Assembly: GCA_965644295.1 (NCBI GenBank)
Contig: CBFFRP010000199.1
Span: forward strand, 372,001-436,000
Length of the DNA: 64,000 nucleotides
DNA from: Paraphysomonas bandaiensis
Taxonomy: Eukaryota; Protista; Chrysophyceae
Direction: 5' to 3'
In this document: positions 37,049 to 50,061 of the stretch, one piece after another
How positions within the stretch are numbered: position 1 is the first letter of the stretch
Layout: each line of letters starts with the position of its first letter
Notes under the pieces: generated by a model
Told to the model about the DNA's origin: nothing
The model's input: the letters and a program-made list of their open reading frames with translations, nothing else
Database searches by the model: none
Translations under genes and position numbers: made by a program

Positions 37049-38818
37049 ATGTTAGTGTCTCACGTTACTGACTCGCTGGACCGACAAGAGCTCATGCTCG
37101 ATATCGTCGGTTCATCAATAAAGAAAGCAGGAAAGAAATTACACCGCTTAGAGCTTATGATGCACAACGAACCTGCTGAAGATGCCGAAATGCGTGACAA
37201 AGTTGCTTGGCATGAGAAGATGAACCACTTGCTTCACTATGATGTCGTGAAAAGGCTCCCCACTTTACGAGAAGTCAAAATTTTGAAATATCAGAAACAA
37301 AAAACACTTTTACAAAAGAAAACTGGTACGTATTGTAAGTTATCTATTGTAGCGAAATAAACTGTTCAGCCAGGCCATACAACACTCATGGAGAATTTGA
37401 AGCGTCCAAACTCTCGGCATCATTTAGAAGGCAAGTCATTGGAGCGGTTTCGGGAGTCTAAAAAAGAGAAAGAGCCTGGACCATCTTTGTACCTAGGAAG
37501 TACACCCGAAGGAGAAGTTATACGCGTAGTAAAGAACTATAATGGCGCAAATACTTCCCACTGCCGTGACCGCACACTTGTCAAAAAGGACGGACGATAC
37601 GGGAAAGCTAATGTCCCTAGGAGTTCTCTGCCGGAGTGGTTTCACCCGGGATACTATAATACTGAAAATTCGGTTAATAAATCTTCATCTGGGATCCATC
37701 AGTTGGCTTTCAAAAGCGTTGGTCGGAACCATGTTAGGCGAGATCAAGAGTCACGAACCAGAGAACTGGAGCAACGGGCCCTTCTCTACCAGGCTGCAGA
37801 GGACGCGGCCATTGCCAGGGGTGAAGCGAAACGTAAACCCGGTTATTTCTCTTCTAACCAGTGTAAGCGACCTCACTCTAAGGTACTGTCGTCACATGTC
37901 ACTTTGCAACTCTGATCTGATCTCTATATCTACAGATGTCTACATCAGAGTGGCAATCACAAAGTACATGGAGTCGATACTCAGCTGATTCTACAATCGG
38001 TAGGCCAGCGACGCAGAGTGGCATGAGGTCTCCGCAGACTACGCATCTCTCCAACCACGGTGAACACCTGAATGGATGTATTGCATATGATGAGGTTGTT
38101 TCCGAGTTTCTTGACGGACAATCGACAAACTATTCAGTGCGATCATCATCGAATAGCCCAAGTATAGGTATCTTTTTATATTCAGTGAATGTGTTATTTG
38201 TTCTTTTTACATTACATATAACTAATTATATTCCGCTGTACAGGAGACATGTTGAGCACATCTTCAGTAGATTCAGTTTTGATTAAGGCTTCACATCGAA
38301 ATAGGGCAAAATATCAAATGAAGGACTACACGATGGGCGCACTGGAGCTGCAGGAATGCCGGCAGCTAGTCATTCCTGAGCCTGTCGAAGAGTCTTCACC
38401 TCCTCATCGCGTATTCGACGGTGGGAAGTCCAGAGGAACCACTGTCACTGTGACAACAATGTCGGCTCCTCTCCAACGGGTGAGTCGTAGCCGGGCCAAA
38501 AGTCGTACAGTCAGTAGGGCAGCAACAGTACTAAGGGAGGCTAAGCAAGACCTCGTATCATCCACTGGGTCAGTTGTGTTTGATGAGGACATCCCATTCT
38601 CTCAGTCCATGAACGGATTTGTGGAAAAGTGGCGTGGTGAGAGAAATTTGGTTTCATTGGACCCAATCAGGCCAAAATCTTCCATTCCGAGAGATCCTCC
38701 GAAAAATGTAGATTTCCACCACCTTCTGATTGATAACAACACACTATCAGAAGAGGAATCAAAATCCCTTGTATCAGAATTTAGTAAAGAGTTCACCGAT
38801 CAACTGTCGTTTCTTTAA
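37049..38818 (+). CDS. Hypothetical hydrophilic protein (about 4 exons)
   Basis: Consecutive + strand ORFs (37028, 37388, 37936, 38249) separated by GT-AG intron-sized gaps. No recognisable domain. Confidence 0.65.
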
Positions 38819-39259
38819 GCCATGTTATATATACCTCCATTGACGAAATGTAAGAATGGCATGTATTCTATGAATATATTGTAGTAATATCCGTACTTTG
38901 TGTTTATATGCAATATTTTTAAGCATTTATACGTGTGCAATCTGTTTTAATGAATCCAAGCATATTTTTCATTTCAACGGAGTCCTGCGTATGCTGTCGT
39001 AACAATTAATTAGTGAGAGGATCTAACAAGCATTGCAACTATATTACTTATGTTTAATCTAGAAGAGCTTTCGTAATTCTTATCTACAATCTCGTAATAT
39101 ATAGAAACATCAACATTTAAGATGTCTAGGTGACATTCACTTGAAAAAAACGGTCATAACAATCTTAGCTCTGCTAAACAACAACCTCTCAGACACATTG
39201 GTAGTGCTGTACTATTGCTTCATGTAGCGATATCGTATTGAAAGTTAGGTGTGTGGTTT

Positions 39260-39560
39260 TTAGTGCTTTTGGTTGTCTTTCATTCACCTTCTTCTGCTGC
39301 TGATAAATCATAAACACACGCAGGGACTTGTGTCTCCATCGTGTGTGATTATCATTAGCAAAGAGCTTCACATCTGTGCTTTTCAAGTGCGGTTCTATAC
39401 CTCTTGACTACTACCTCACTGAATTGTGACTACTGCTTTCTCGAAATCATGTCGCACCACTCAATTGTAGTAGACTTCACTACAGCTAGCTTCAATTCGT
39501 GGTTTTCACAACCAATTAAAGGTATAGGATACCCACTAACTGTCCAATGTCGGAATCGTC
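39260..39560 (-). pseudogene. Decayed hAT transposase core fragment
   Basis: Minus-strand PIPLIGCENHELKLAV ... LKSTDVKLFANDNHTRW matches the hAT CxxH-LxLAV and TRW motifs, with stops and a frameshift. Confidence 0.65.
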
Positions 39561-40204
39561 ATCTCTCGAGCACAACTCCGTCGTCAATAACAAGACCAAA
39601 TAAATGGAGTCAGTAACACTTCCTATTGTAATATGATATAAAAAGTCGTTGTGACCACCAAAAATCTGGTGAAATTTTGTAATAGTCGATTTCGGCTGAG
39701 TTAATAATGTGCTTTGCAATCACTAATATATATTATAGTAGATGATGTGAAGAGAATATTATATATTATATACTACATTGGTGCAGATTTTAAACGCCGA
39801 TATTGCTAAATAATAAGACTTTAAATATATATATTGCATTTTATATAGTGTTTCAATGGCATTTACTAAAATTTATATTAATTACAAATCAAAAATGTTA
39901 GAAAACTGTAACAGTTGCATCTTATACATAATATAAGCATGCTATAGTGCCAGTAGCGACCACCTCGTTCAGACAGTAGAACAAGCCGATGTGTGAATCA
40001 AATAAATAGTGCAATGTAAAGCATGGTTGAAGTCTTAGGCACGTGATATTAACATATTATTATCATGATTGTAGAGGTATCCAAATAAAGAATAAAATAA
40101 GTTTACCCGATATATTATGTGGTCACCAAATAGCACACTACAACCTTTCAACAATTGTGTCCAGGTGGGAAACGCTTACGCCGATAACACAGTTGCTATT
40201 TGAT

Positions 40205-40300
40205 TTGATATCAGAGGTAAGCACTAGTTTGTTAAATTGTTTTGCGGCACTAGTTCTGACTGTTACACGCCTATTGCTAATAATCAGATATTCCGACTAC
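40205..40300 (-). repeat. Repeat family B, 5' fragment
   Basis: Reverse complement gattattagcaataggcgtgtaacagtcagaactagtgc...aaaacaatttaac.aactagtgctta.ctctgatatc matches 44085-44180. Confidence 0.8.
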
Positions 40301-40553
40301 GCGCGATACATACATGAAGATAATATAGTCATACAACTCAAAAATGGGTTCATTTGTATTCGTTTTATAAACCAACAAAACAACGAACAATAAAGTTTTC
40401 TAATTACAATATTAACAACAAACACACATTACAAATGCATGAGTTCGAAACATTTACGATGCTAGAAGTCTGTCCACGGCAATCCCATCAACGCAACTAT
40501 ACACACGAACACACACACGACATTCTACCACAAACACTTCTGTAGTTTATCTT

Positions 40554-42771
40554 TCACAGACTACACTTTGTATCCGTCCCTATGCTGCCATTGCTACTAT
40601 ACACATATGTCCCTTCGCTACCCGGCTGTTTCACATCCGTGGGTTCACTATTTCTAATAAAACCGCGCACAAACTCCAGCTCAGCTGCAGGTAGCTTTTC
40701 GATGTTGTAATTCATGTCGGAGAGAGCGGATACTGCAAATAATGGATCGGACACATTCAACTCTTTCCAACGGGCGGATTGTGCCTCCGAGATCTCTACC
40801 ACTTCATCCGCTGAGCCAGTGGTTGCTAGATCCACCTGGTACCCCACGGACATCCTTGGTGACTTCGATTTCGATTTAGGTTTTTTCGATTTTTTGGGGG
40901 TAGTATTGGTGGCCGGGACAGATGACGCAGGGCACACATGATGTGGCAATGGAGGTGAATCAAGTTGTGCGAGATACTCGTCCATGCTTAACCAGTAGTC
41001 CTCAGACCTCCGGGTATTCTGCACAGGTCACATACAGTAAGTAATAGCAGGCTAAGTAATAGCGATATGGAATTGAATGATCACAAGTTTCACCAGCTAG
41101 GTACTAAAAGACCAATCCAAAGCAACAACAATTCTTACCTTGATATGTACGCGTATATGATTGTCGTCGATGTCAGTGATCTTACCCGTAATATTAATGT
41201 AGTCGCCTAAGTGCTTGTGGTGTAAATGCGGCGCCACTGACACCGTTACTTCATCTCCCACGGCCACTATTGGGGTGCGCTTTCCCTATTTACCAATCGC
41301 ATAAGAAGCATTAAACACTTAGTCAATTCTTACAACTTTTTTAATTTTTTTGCGTGGATGAAATGCCTCATCAGTGACATCTGGTCCCTGATCAGGAGAG
41401 GGATCATTTCCTTTCTCTATCCTCTGACATACATGACAAATCACATGTGCCGGCATCGCAGCCTCTGAGCCATACACACATGTCGCGTGGCACCATGCCC
41501 CACACTGTTCACACTGAAAAATGTATCCTTCCGACACCCCAGCGCCACTCGCACTGCCCATATACTGTACTCTTTTCCCGCACATACAACGCAACAACCA
41601 CGAACCATCACCGCTTCCAGCCCCTATCAGATCCAGGTCCACGGTGCCTTCCAAGTCAGCAATGGCCTCGAGCGACCCACCCAATTGTTCTCTCGCATTG
41701 GCTATTTGCTCACGGCGGAACAGAGTCTCGAAGTAGTCTATATCAATGTTAACTGAATAGGGCCTACAGTGGCACACTTGAGCGGAACGACCAACCCCCT
41801 CCCGAAGCCAACGATCCGTAGCAAAATTTGTCGCCTCTGCTATATTGAATCCGTGGTTAAATCCCGAGTGATATCCGCCAGGAAAAGTGACCACAAATTC
41901 CCCCGCATGTTGCACGATAGTGTTGTAAGGGATGCCAGCAGACTTAAGCTTGTATGGTGATATCATTGTTGTCTTGTGACGCAAAAATTGACGACACGTC
42001 CGGTACTCCTCAGCAAAGTACGATTGTGCCATGTTCTCGAATCTCTGTCGACTCTTGGGTGGGATAGAATACCAAGACTTAGGACTTCCGGTATGAATAT
42101 AGTTGATAGAGTAGAGTTCCATGTCTTCTGTATGGAAAGCAAACATAGCCCGCCAGGATCCAAAGTAAAGCATGGCACTGGTAACACCAGGAAGATCTCG
42201 ACCAATAAGTTGTAGTGGACTGTCTAGTTGGTTGATATTCCAAGATGATGCTGGATCGTCTCCAAAAAGAGAACCCTCCATATCTGCTCCGTACATGGGG
42301 TCGTCAAGTCCTCCATTCTGCCCCATAGAGCGCCAAAACTGTTTCTCTCGCTTGAGTAAACACCAAAATCACAAAATAAAGCATCACATTAATTAATAGC
42401 AAACCTTCTCAAAATCAGTGGACAAAAAAGAGTTCTTTTCGCAAAACTTAACGAACTGTGCTACTGTTAAGTCCGGCTGCTCGATTAAGCTGAGGTTATA
42501 GACCCCTACATCTGTCCGCGACACGCACTGTGCTATCGGGTGACGGATAACGATATGCTTGAGCTCCTCCCAGTCATACACCCTATCAAACCACCCTACC
42601 AGACGCACCTTAGCACCAGTATACATATATATACACACGTATACCGTCAGGGGGGATTATCTTAACCAGGCCGATCTCCTGCCCGTCCAGATCGATGTTC
42701 TTTATGTACTCTCTGAAATTCCTGAATTCATCCAGAGTGGGTCGATACACAGGACAAGTTGTTGTCGACAT
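40554..42771 (-). CDS. KDM4/JMJD2-like histone demethylase (JmjN, JmjC, PHD; multi-exon)
   Basis: JmjN PVYRPTLDEFRNF...GLVKIIPP; JmjC LYFGSWRAMFAFHTEDMELYSINYIH, PKSWY, YHSGFNHGFNIAEATNFA; PHD RCMCG...CEQCGAWCHATC...CHVC. Confidence 0.93.
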
Positions 42772-42831
42772 GGTGAGGCAGGAAATGGAATGCCAAAGAT
42801 CATACTCTGACTCACCTCCTTCTCTTTCCAG

Positions 42832-43030
42832 ATACATACATACATACATACATACATACATACATACATACATACATACATACATACATACATACATACA
42901 TACATACATACATACATACATACATACATACATACATACATACATACATACATACATACATACATACATACATACATACATACATACATACATACATACA
43001 TACATACATACATACATACATACATACATA
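42832..43030. repeat. (TACA)n array in the KDM4/RPB6 divergent promoter
   Basis: About 200-bp perfect ATAC repeat. Confidence 0.98.
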
Positions 43031-43183
43031 AAACTGAGTGTAATTTGATATGAATGGTCGGGAAAATACACAAAAACTGGTATTTTCTTGCACTGCAAGT
43101 GTATTAATAGATAGGTGTTGATAGCCAGCGGCTGCATCTGTCACTCACAATTCCATTGAAGACTTCATCATAATATAGTAATC

Positions 43184-43618
43184 ATGGAAGAAGAGGAACC
43201 AGTATACCAGGAGGAGGAGTACGAGTACTACCAAGCCCAGCAGGAGTACGAAAACGAGTATGATATGAGCACACAAGTAATATGACGTAATATTTTGTAA
43301 ACATTCATGTAATCATTCGAACAGAACATTGATGGCGAGAAGATGGAGGTACTGGAATCTGGGAGTGCACCAACCGACAAGACCAAACGAGTCACCACGC
43401 GGTATATGACGAAGTATGAGCGTGCCAGGGTTCTGGGGACGCGGGCATTGCAGATCAGTATGAATGCCCCTGTTATGGTTGATATCGAGGGAGAAACTGA
43501 TGCTTTAAAAATTGCAATGAAGGAATTGAGGGAAAGGAAAATTCCTATGATTATTAGACGGTATTTGCCGGATAATTCATTTGAGGATTGGAGTCTTGAT
43601 GAGCTCATCATTGAATAA
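43184..43618 (+). CDS. RPB6: RNA polymerase I/II/III subunit RPABC2 (2 exons)
   Basis: [27 protein letters not shown]...[26 protein letters not shown], with an acidic first exon. Confidence 0.97.
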
Positions 43619-44073
43619 AATATTAGTTAGACTGATTTGATGGGACTGCAATCAGTAACCTTTGCTATAATGTATTAAACAGTTATGTGTCTTTCTACAG
43701 TGCTTTGCTGGCGGGGAAAGTGTTACACCACTGGTTTCAGTGACAACATTTTCATTCTTATTTTCGATATATCCATTTCGCTATTTAACCATATACCCGT
43801 GGTATTCCTCTATGTTGCTATCAATGTCCTCTTCGAATAAAGTGGCATTGTGCAACAACCGCTCTATTTGTTTGGCACCACACGCTACTTGTCACGTTGA
43901 CTAAAGCTATAAGTGTGAAGCTCCATGAACTTCGAATAGGAAAGCGATGAAGAACTACTCTAGCGCATTAAGAGCTATTTATACTCTAACAAGAGACTTA
44001 TCGGAAATGTATTCCGAATTAATATTTTATCTTCTGACCTTATTCTGAGGTGGTCGTTGACTAGTCAAAGAAT

Positions 44074-44510
44074 TAGTGAACGTCCGATTATTAGCAAAAG
44101 GCGGGTAACAGTCAGAACTTCAGAACTAGTGCAGCATGCAGCAAAACAATTTAACTAACTAGTGCTTAACTCTGATATCCTACTGTTTAGCTCTACGAAA
44201 GCTACTTGTGCGTTACCGCAAGCACCAAGGTGAAAGCACTTTTGCTCTGAGTTCTTAAGGTGAGCAGCCCGGATGCTTGACTTAAGCAGGCAGCCAAATA
44301 CCCCGGTTTCCCTTGAGGTGGGCATATTTCCCGATACCTTTTTATTCGTCAAAACGCCTACACAAGTGACATTAATTAGGATATATGAGTAGGCAGAGCA
44401 ATATCTGCTGACTATACGTGCCGCTCACAATACTTTCCCGGAGAAATATTTCCGGTACTTATCCCCCAGAACACCACGGAAAAGTGCGAATCCGACTTTG
44501 GTGAGGGATT
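44074..44510 (+). repeat. Repeat family B, longest copy
   Basis: Contains all blocks shared with 7160-7212(-), 10435-10680, 20905-21113, 40205-40300(-), 48775-49020 and 63963-64000. Confidence 0.8.
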
Positions 44511-44944
44511 AGCAAAAGAATCAGACGAATTAGATGCAGCCCTCTTGAGAAAACATTGAGAAATTAATGTCAACTATCAATGAAGATATAAAATTAATGT
44601 CGATTATCAGTTGTAGTTTGACAACATAAAACGATGGGGGAGAGGAGACAAGGGAGTCTTTTCTCTTTGATAACTGAGATGTGAAATTGATATTACAGTA
44701 ACATTATAAAGATGCATTTAGACCTACGCAAATAAAAATCATACTATTTGCTCAATTCAATTGATATATGTGAAGTTTACTTGATTGGAAATCCACTTTG
44801 TTCAAGTGCTAAGTAGGTACTATAGATTTACATCAACAATTTGATAATGGAAGAAATGATAATTCACCCAATGAAGGACGAAGTAGGGGAAGAGAGATAA
44901 TCAGAAAATAGGTGCTCCTTCTTAGAACTTAAACTGGCTATCAC

Positions 44945-45130
44945 CACGGCTGCGTATCAATTAATTGACACAGGTTGTAGTCAATTATAATTGCAATTAT
45001 TATTTGCTCTTCTTGCGATTCAATTATTGCGATTACTTGATACTAAACTACATTAGCTGCCAATATAGCTACCTCAACTGTCGATTCAAATGCAATTAAT
45101 TAAAAATCAAGTAATTGGTACGCAGCCCTG
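44945..45130. mobile_element. hAT family A MITE (186 bp)
   Basis: cacggctgcgtatcaattaattg ... aattggtacgcagccctg. Flanks gctatcac/cttatcac. Internal tagctgccaatatagctacct is shared with 54636-54660. Confidence 0.88.
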
Positions 45131-45425
45131 CTTATCACCATATCACGAAACTATTCAACGAATAGACAAGTGTCACATAAAACAGTTATAATATAATACT
45201 ACTTAATTAAGTTAGCGGCAACTGGAATTCAGGGTCAACGGTGAGAATATTAGAAATGAGAGAGTCTATCAAACTTTACTAAGTCATCGACTCACAAACA
45301 TAACAAATGTAGTAAATTAATGTACTGTATATCCATAATTTTATCATGATGGCTTTATCGTCAAGTCAAGTATATGACTCTAAATATACTGATGCAATAA
45401 TATAGATGAAAAGTCAAAAGTAAAA

Positions 45426-46591
45426 TTACCGATTCAGCATATCACTCAAAGTATTCTTGCAGGTGGTTTCCGGAGGAACCCACTTTGCATCATGTTCGTA
45501 GTGTTTCTCACGCTGATCATGTAAACGTTTCTGAACTTTGTTCCACTTAGAGGTCGAATGACCTCCTCTCTGATACAGCAATACAGTACTCAGGAATGAC
45601 TCTAGCAAGCGTAACGGTTGGTGATATAGTGCATTCCAGATATTGACTTGACGCAAATTCAGCATTACGTTTGGTCCGGCCTGTCAGATAAAATAAAAAT
45701 ATTTGACTATATCCAATAAATAAATTCACCTGAGTGAGGACTGCATGGCCCCACAGGGGAGGAAATATCAGGAGGTCCCCCTCCTCAACGACAGACACGT
45801 GCATTCCCTGTATGACATGACATGTATTAAATTCAACAATAACCAAGCACTGCAACTATCACAAATAAAACCTGAGAGCGTGACAAATAAGAAGCTTCGC
45901 AGCCTTGATAATGAAAATTGGCCGTGTGGGTTGATATTATACCGATGTCCTCCTCCATACTCTTTGGGGAAACCCATATCCACAGCTTGCGCCCAACTAA
46001 TTGGGCACTGTATGAGGTGACGTAAGAAGTAGAATGAATTGGTGAGGCAATAACATCCGATTCAAAATTGGAAATAAAGTTTGTGTCAGCAATATAATGG
46101 GACGGAATAGTGCCCAATACTTTCTCCACGGAATTCTTTGACAGAAATGAAGCAAATGAGGCGTAATACGAGATATTTCCTTGACGATTCAAAATGCTTT
46201 CTAATGTCACGTTTTGAACATTTCCAGAGTAAGTTCTAGTTCCGGCCATAAACATATTACCGAATGATTTGATTTCAACTTGTGCCTGTCGCATAGAATG
46301 AGACTTGTGTTGTTCATACAACCCAGCCCATATATCGCCAGCAGATGAAAAGAATCCTTTGAAGACAACAGGAGCATCGTGTTGTCTAGCTATCTCAGAA
46401 GCAGTGTCTAAATCATAAACATTCTTCACTGACAGAGACTCCTGAAATTGAATGCCTTGACAAGACGGGTGCAGCCCGTTTGTAGTCGATGCCAATATAT
46501 TAGTGTCTGGTAAAGAGTCAGGAAAGATGGTCCAATAAACTCTATGGGCAATCAGAACCAATGATGACCATGCCAGGAATAAGTATTTCAT
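45426..46591 (-). CDS. Secreted or membrane-anchored cupin/JmjC-like protein (3 exons)
   Basis: Hydrophobic start MKYLFLAWSSLVLIAH, PVVFKG, SPIHSTS...SAQLVGRKLW, and VEEGDLLIFPPLWGHAV (JmjC/cupin_8 pattern). Confidence 0.78.
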
Positions 46592-46946
46592 AGTGAACCT
46601 CGGAGGTAGAGCTCTTTTCTCATGCCCAGCTCCAGATATATCAGAGCCATAGCACACCATACCGCATACCTATCTATACACGGGCACTATATCTATCCAG
46701 CACCCAATCATATGCTCTCAATCGGGTATACAGTGCTCTGTATGGTCAGTGGAAGAGTGCTGAACAACGTGCACTACCAGCAATGAAGTGCTCTGCCCTA
46801 CACTGTATTCGTACACTGTACTTGTATATGTTGTTGTACCTAAAAGTAGTCTAGAAGTACATCGATGGTGCTGCATGTCCTTGCAGTGGTAAGGATCCTG
46901 CTGCGTTAAGTGAACGCTGGCTGCTGAGTGTACATATGATCAGGCT

Positions 46947-48404
46947 ATGATGCCTCTATCGGGAGCCCTGATACTTCTGCTATCAGTCGCATGTGCTGAT
47001 ATTAGCGGTAGCATTGATGTCTACCCACACCGCACAGACACTCATAGCGGATATAATGTATCGACGGGTTTGTTGTCTAGTGCAGAGGGAGTACTGAGAC
47101 TAACCGGTGAAGGAGAAGGCGTTACGCTAGACAAATTGAGGCGTAGGTTACAGTGTGCACCGAGTGAACCAGATGTGGACGAAAGTAGAGCTGTGCTTAA
47201 CTTCTATGGGCTCGTAAGGATGTCAAAGGAGTTAGTAGAAGTTATTTGCGCATGGGCGGAGTCGGAGTGCACCCCATGGAAGGATTGTCGCGACCGTGCT
47301 GCGTCGTTCAAAGAAGGTGGATATGAAAGTAAACTACGTTCCCATATAGTGACCTCACCATTTCAAGTCAAGTTAGTACGAATACAGGGTGGTAAGTTGC
47401 GCTTAGATTGGCCTTGGGGTGTTGATCGCTTTCGTAAAGCCCCTCTGCTACCGGGCACCAGGGAGATGTTTTCAACTGCCCTCACATTGCTTGGTAAGAA
47501 TATTCGAGATAGTGTATTTTTGGTTGGGGAAGAGCGGCCTTTTCTTCCGTGGAACGTTCCCTTTCCCGGATTCACGAACAGCCCTTCTAAAACGAGCGGA
47601 GAGCTGTCAATGCCTTGGGCCAAGGGTTGGATTCATACTCTTTCGAGGTATCGCGAATTTGAAAGTAAGGGGCTCCCGTTTGATTTATTTTTTAAGCATA
47701 AGAAGGCCATTCCTTGGGATAAAAAGATATCTAAGGCAGCCTTCTTTGGTTCTTTAACGACAGTCCGACAAGTGTTCTTTAGTATTGCTGCAGCACACCC
47801 TGAATTGATTGATGCAGGATGGGAGCAGCCTACTGGTGGGTGGCAAGATCCGTGGAACCCTTTATCAGATGAAACCCAAGAGTCACACCTACAAAAATTT
47901 GAGCAGCTACGATCCCAGCCGAGGGCGAATCGTATGCGGCTATCTAATTCTTCGGCAATGTCCATGGTAGGATATCTGGAGCCCTTACTACCACTCTATT
48001 TACGCCAACGTGTAGATTATGCTCACAAGTACAAGTATTTAATTATTCTAATGGGACTGAATGGACATGCAACTGCAGACCGCCTTGAGTATTTCTTGCG
48101 TTATACAGATGCGGTTATTTTGATTCAAGAAAGCGATATGGTATATCACTACTCATCACGGCTTCTGCCATGGGTTCACTATGTACCGATAGCACACAAC
48201 TGTGCAGATCTTATTGAGAAAATAAATTGGTTAAATGAGAATCAAGACATGGCTAGACAAATTGCGACGAATGCCAAAACATTTGCAGAGTCGTATTTAC
48301 GACTAGAAGATTACATTTGTTACGTGGCACATGCACTTGATCGACTTGGCGGTTTGATGGAGAACACTTCTGCACTTGAACCTTTTAATCCTATAGATGT
48401 GTAA
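46947..48404 (+). CDS. Glycosyltransferase family 90 (CAP10/POGLUT-like) with signal peptide
   Basis: PWDKKISKAAFFGS, YKYLIIL.G, DRL, SRLLPWVHYVPI, DLIEKINWL..N...A..IA.NA..FA. Intronless, 485 aa. Confidence 0.88.
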   Translation: MMPLSGALILLLSVACADISGSIDVYPHRTDTHSGYNVSTGLLSSAEGVLRLTGEGEGVTLDKLRRRLQCAPSEPDVDESRAVLNFYGLVRMSKELVEVICAWAESECTPWKDCRDRAASFKEGGYESKLRSHIVTSPFQVKLVRIQGGKLRLDWPWGVDRFRKAPLLPGTREMFSTALTLLGKNIRDSVFLVGEERPFLPWNVPFPGFTNSPSKTSGELSMPWAKGWIHTLSRYREFESKGLPFDLFFKHKKAIPWDKKISKAAFFGSLTTVRQVFFSIAAAHPELIDAGWEQPTGGWQDPWNPLSDETQESHLQKFEQLRSQPRANRMRLSNSSAMSMVGYLEPLLPLYLRQRVDYAHKYKYLIILMGLNGHATADRLEYFLRYTDAVILIQESDMVYHYSSRLLPWVHYVPIAHNCADLIEKINWLNENQDMARQIATNAKTFAESYLRLEDYICYVAHALDRLGGLMENTSALEPFNPIDV

Positions 48405-48774
48405 ATATACTTGTTATACATAATATGTTGTACTTGTTATAGATCTCTCACTATGAAACTTTCTACATACTATATATATATATATGTATCAAACTAGTAT
48501 GTTTTCCTCTCTGAGCGCAAAACAGCCTTTGCTAAGTAATATCGATTCTGAAGAAACATGAACGTAATTCATATTTTACGTTCCCTTTAAACATCGCAGC
48601 ACTTATTCCAAACTGATATTATTTTGGGTTGTATAAGTTAAACATTAAACAACTGAAATTTAAACTTACTCAATAATCAATGAATTTACTGTAAACTTAC
48701 TTGATCAACATCTCTGTCATTCACTAAATTTATTATCATATCTAATTCAGTTTAACTAGTATATATTGAAAGTC

Positions 48775-49020
48775 TTATTATTAGCAATAGGCGTTAAAAA
48801 CCTGCACCAACTTTGTAGCTAGATGAATACTAGACAAACTAGTTAGAGTAACTAATCAGTACACACACTTTTTATCCTACTCTGTATCGCTACGGAAGCT
48901 GTTTGTGCGTCGCCACAAGCACCAAGGTGCGACCACTTCCGCTCTGAGTTCATAAGGTGAACATCCCGGATGCTTGACTTCACCACGAAAAGGTGCGAGT
49001 CCGACTTTGATGAGGGGTTG
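48775..49020 (+). repeat. Repeat family B, internally deleted copy
   Basis: ttattagcaataggcgtt; caagcaccaaggtg..gctctgagttc.taaggtga..cccggatgcttgactt joined directly to caccacgaaaaggtgcgagtccgactttg.tgaggg. Confidence 0.8.
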
Positions 49021-50061
49021 AACTAGTATGATTTATATCATATCACAGGTTTGTGTAACATTGAATTGGTGAGAGGTGTCCAACAATACAATTTGCATTT
49101 ACTAACCAAGCATTCAACTATGTTTCAATTAATTGGCGATTATAGGCAACTAATAACTAATAGCTAATAGCCTTCAATTATATTGCTTACAAATGCTTCA
49201 TGCGTGCTTTCTTGGCTGTCTTTAAGTAAACGAATGAATCATCCTATTTTCATTCATGGAATTCACTTTCATTTGAAGGTACATTACTGGTGCTAATTCG
49301 TCGCGGTTCAGTTTTTCTTCCCTATAGCGCTGAATTTTGAGTTATGTCTTCACTCAGGTGGAATATGATCCCAGCAGTGTACTAACAAGTGAAATCATCA
49401 AATATTGTAACCGGACATCGTCCACACTGTAGGCGTTTATTCTTGCACACAAATTACTATTCCTCTCTATGAATATATTATTCTTACACACACACTACTG
49501 GTGATATAGCGACAAAAAATGGTCCCAAGAAATATAAGTGCTGTTAGACCGGACATCATTTCCTGACGAAGTTCAGCAATAGCGGGAGGTATCAGATCTG
49601 CTTCCTGCTAAAATTCTATGACCCCGCCACCATCTTTACAAACATGATAAACAAATGTCTCTGAGATGTTACACATATGGATATGTTGTGAAATGTGAGA
49701 TTATTAATTACAATTCTTCATGAAAGTACTTTGTGTGCAACAAAGCAAGTTTAAGGTTCAACTTCAGGGTGATATTCAATTCTTGCAGTGTACAACTGCT
49801 TTACTCTTCACGTATCTGTCATAATTCATATACCTTGTTGCTTACACACAAGCAAATTAAACAGTTTCGACGAATTGAAGAAGGATTTACTGCTAATCAC
49901 ATAGACAGAAGTAACTCTAAACTTAAACATTACTTATACTATATATAGGATGTTCACTTCTCAATTAATATTCCTAATATTATCATTCTGCAGGGCCATC
50001 GCACCAACTAAAATATTATAAAAGGACTACTTCTATTCCTTTACATACTACTATTGCGGAA

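Noticed and set aside
42695-43144. MYVC/HTYI ORFs and the apparent repeat N-terminal extension of KDM4
   Set aside because: Microsatellite artefact. JmjN begins right after the ATG at 42771.
48985-49010. ggtgcgagtcc / agtgcgaatcc resembling a tRNA T-loop (B box)
   Set aside because: The invariant TTC is mismatched and no cloverleaf or A box is visible. Kept only as part of repeat family B.
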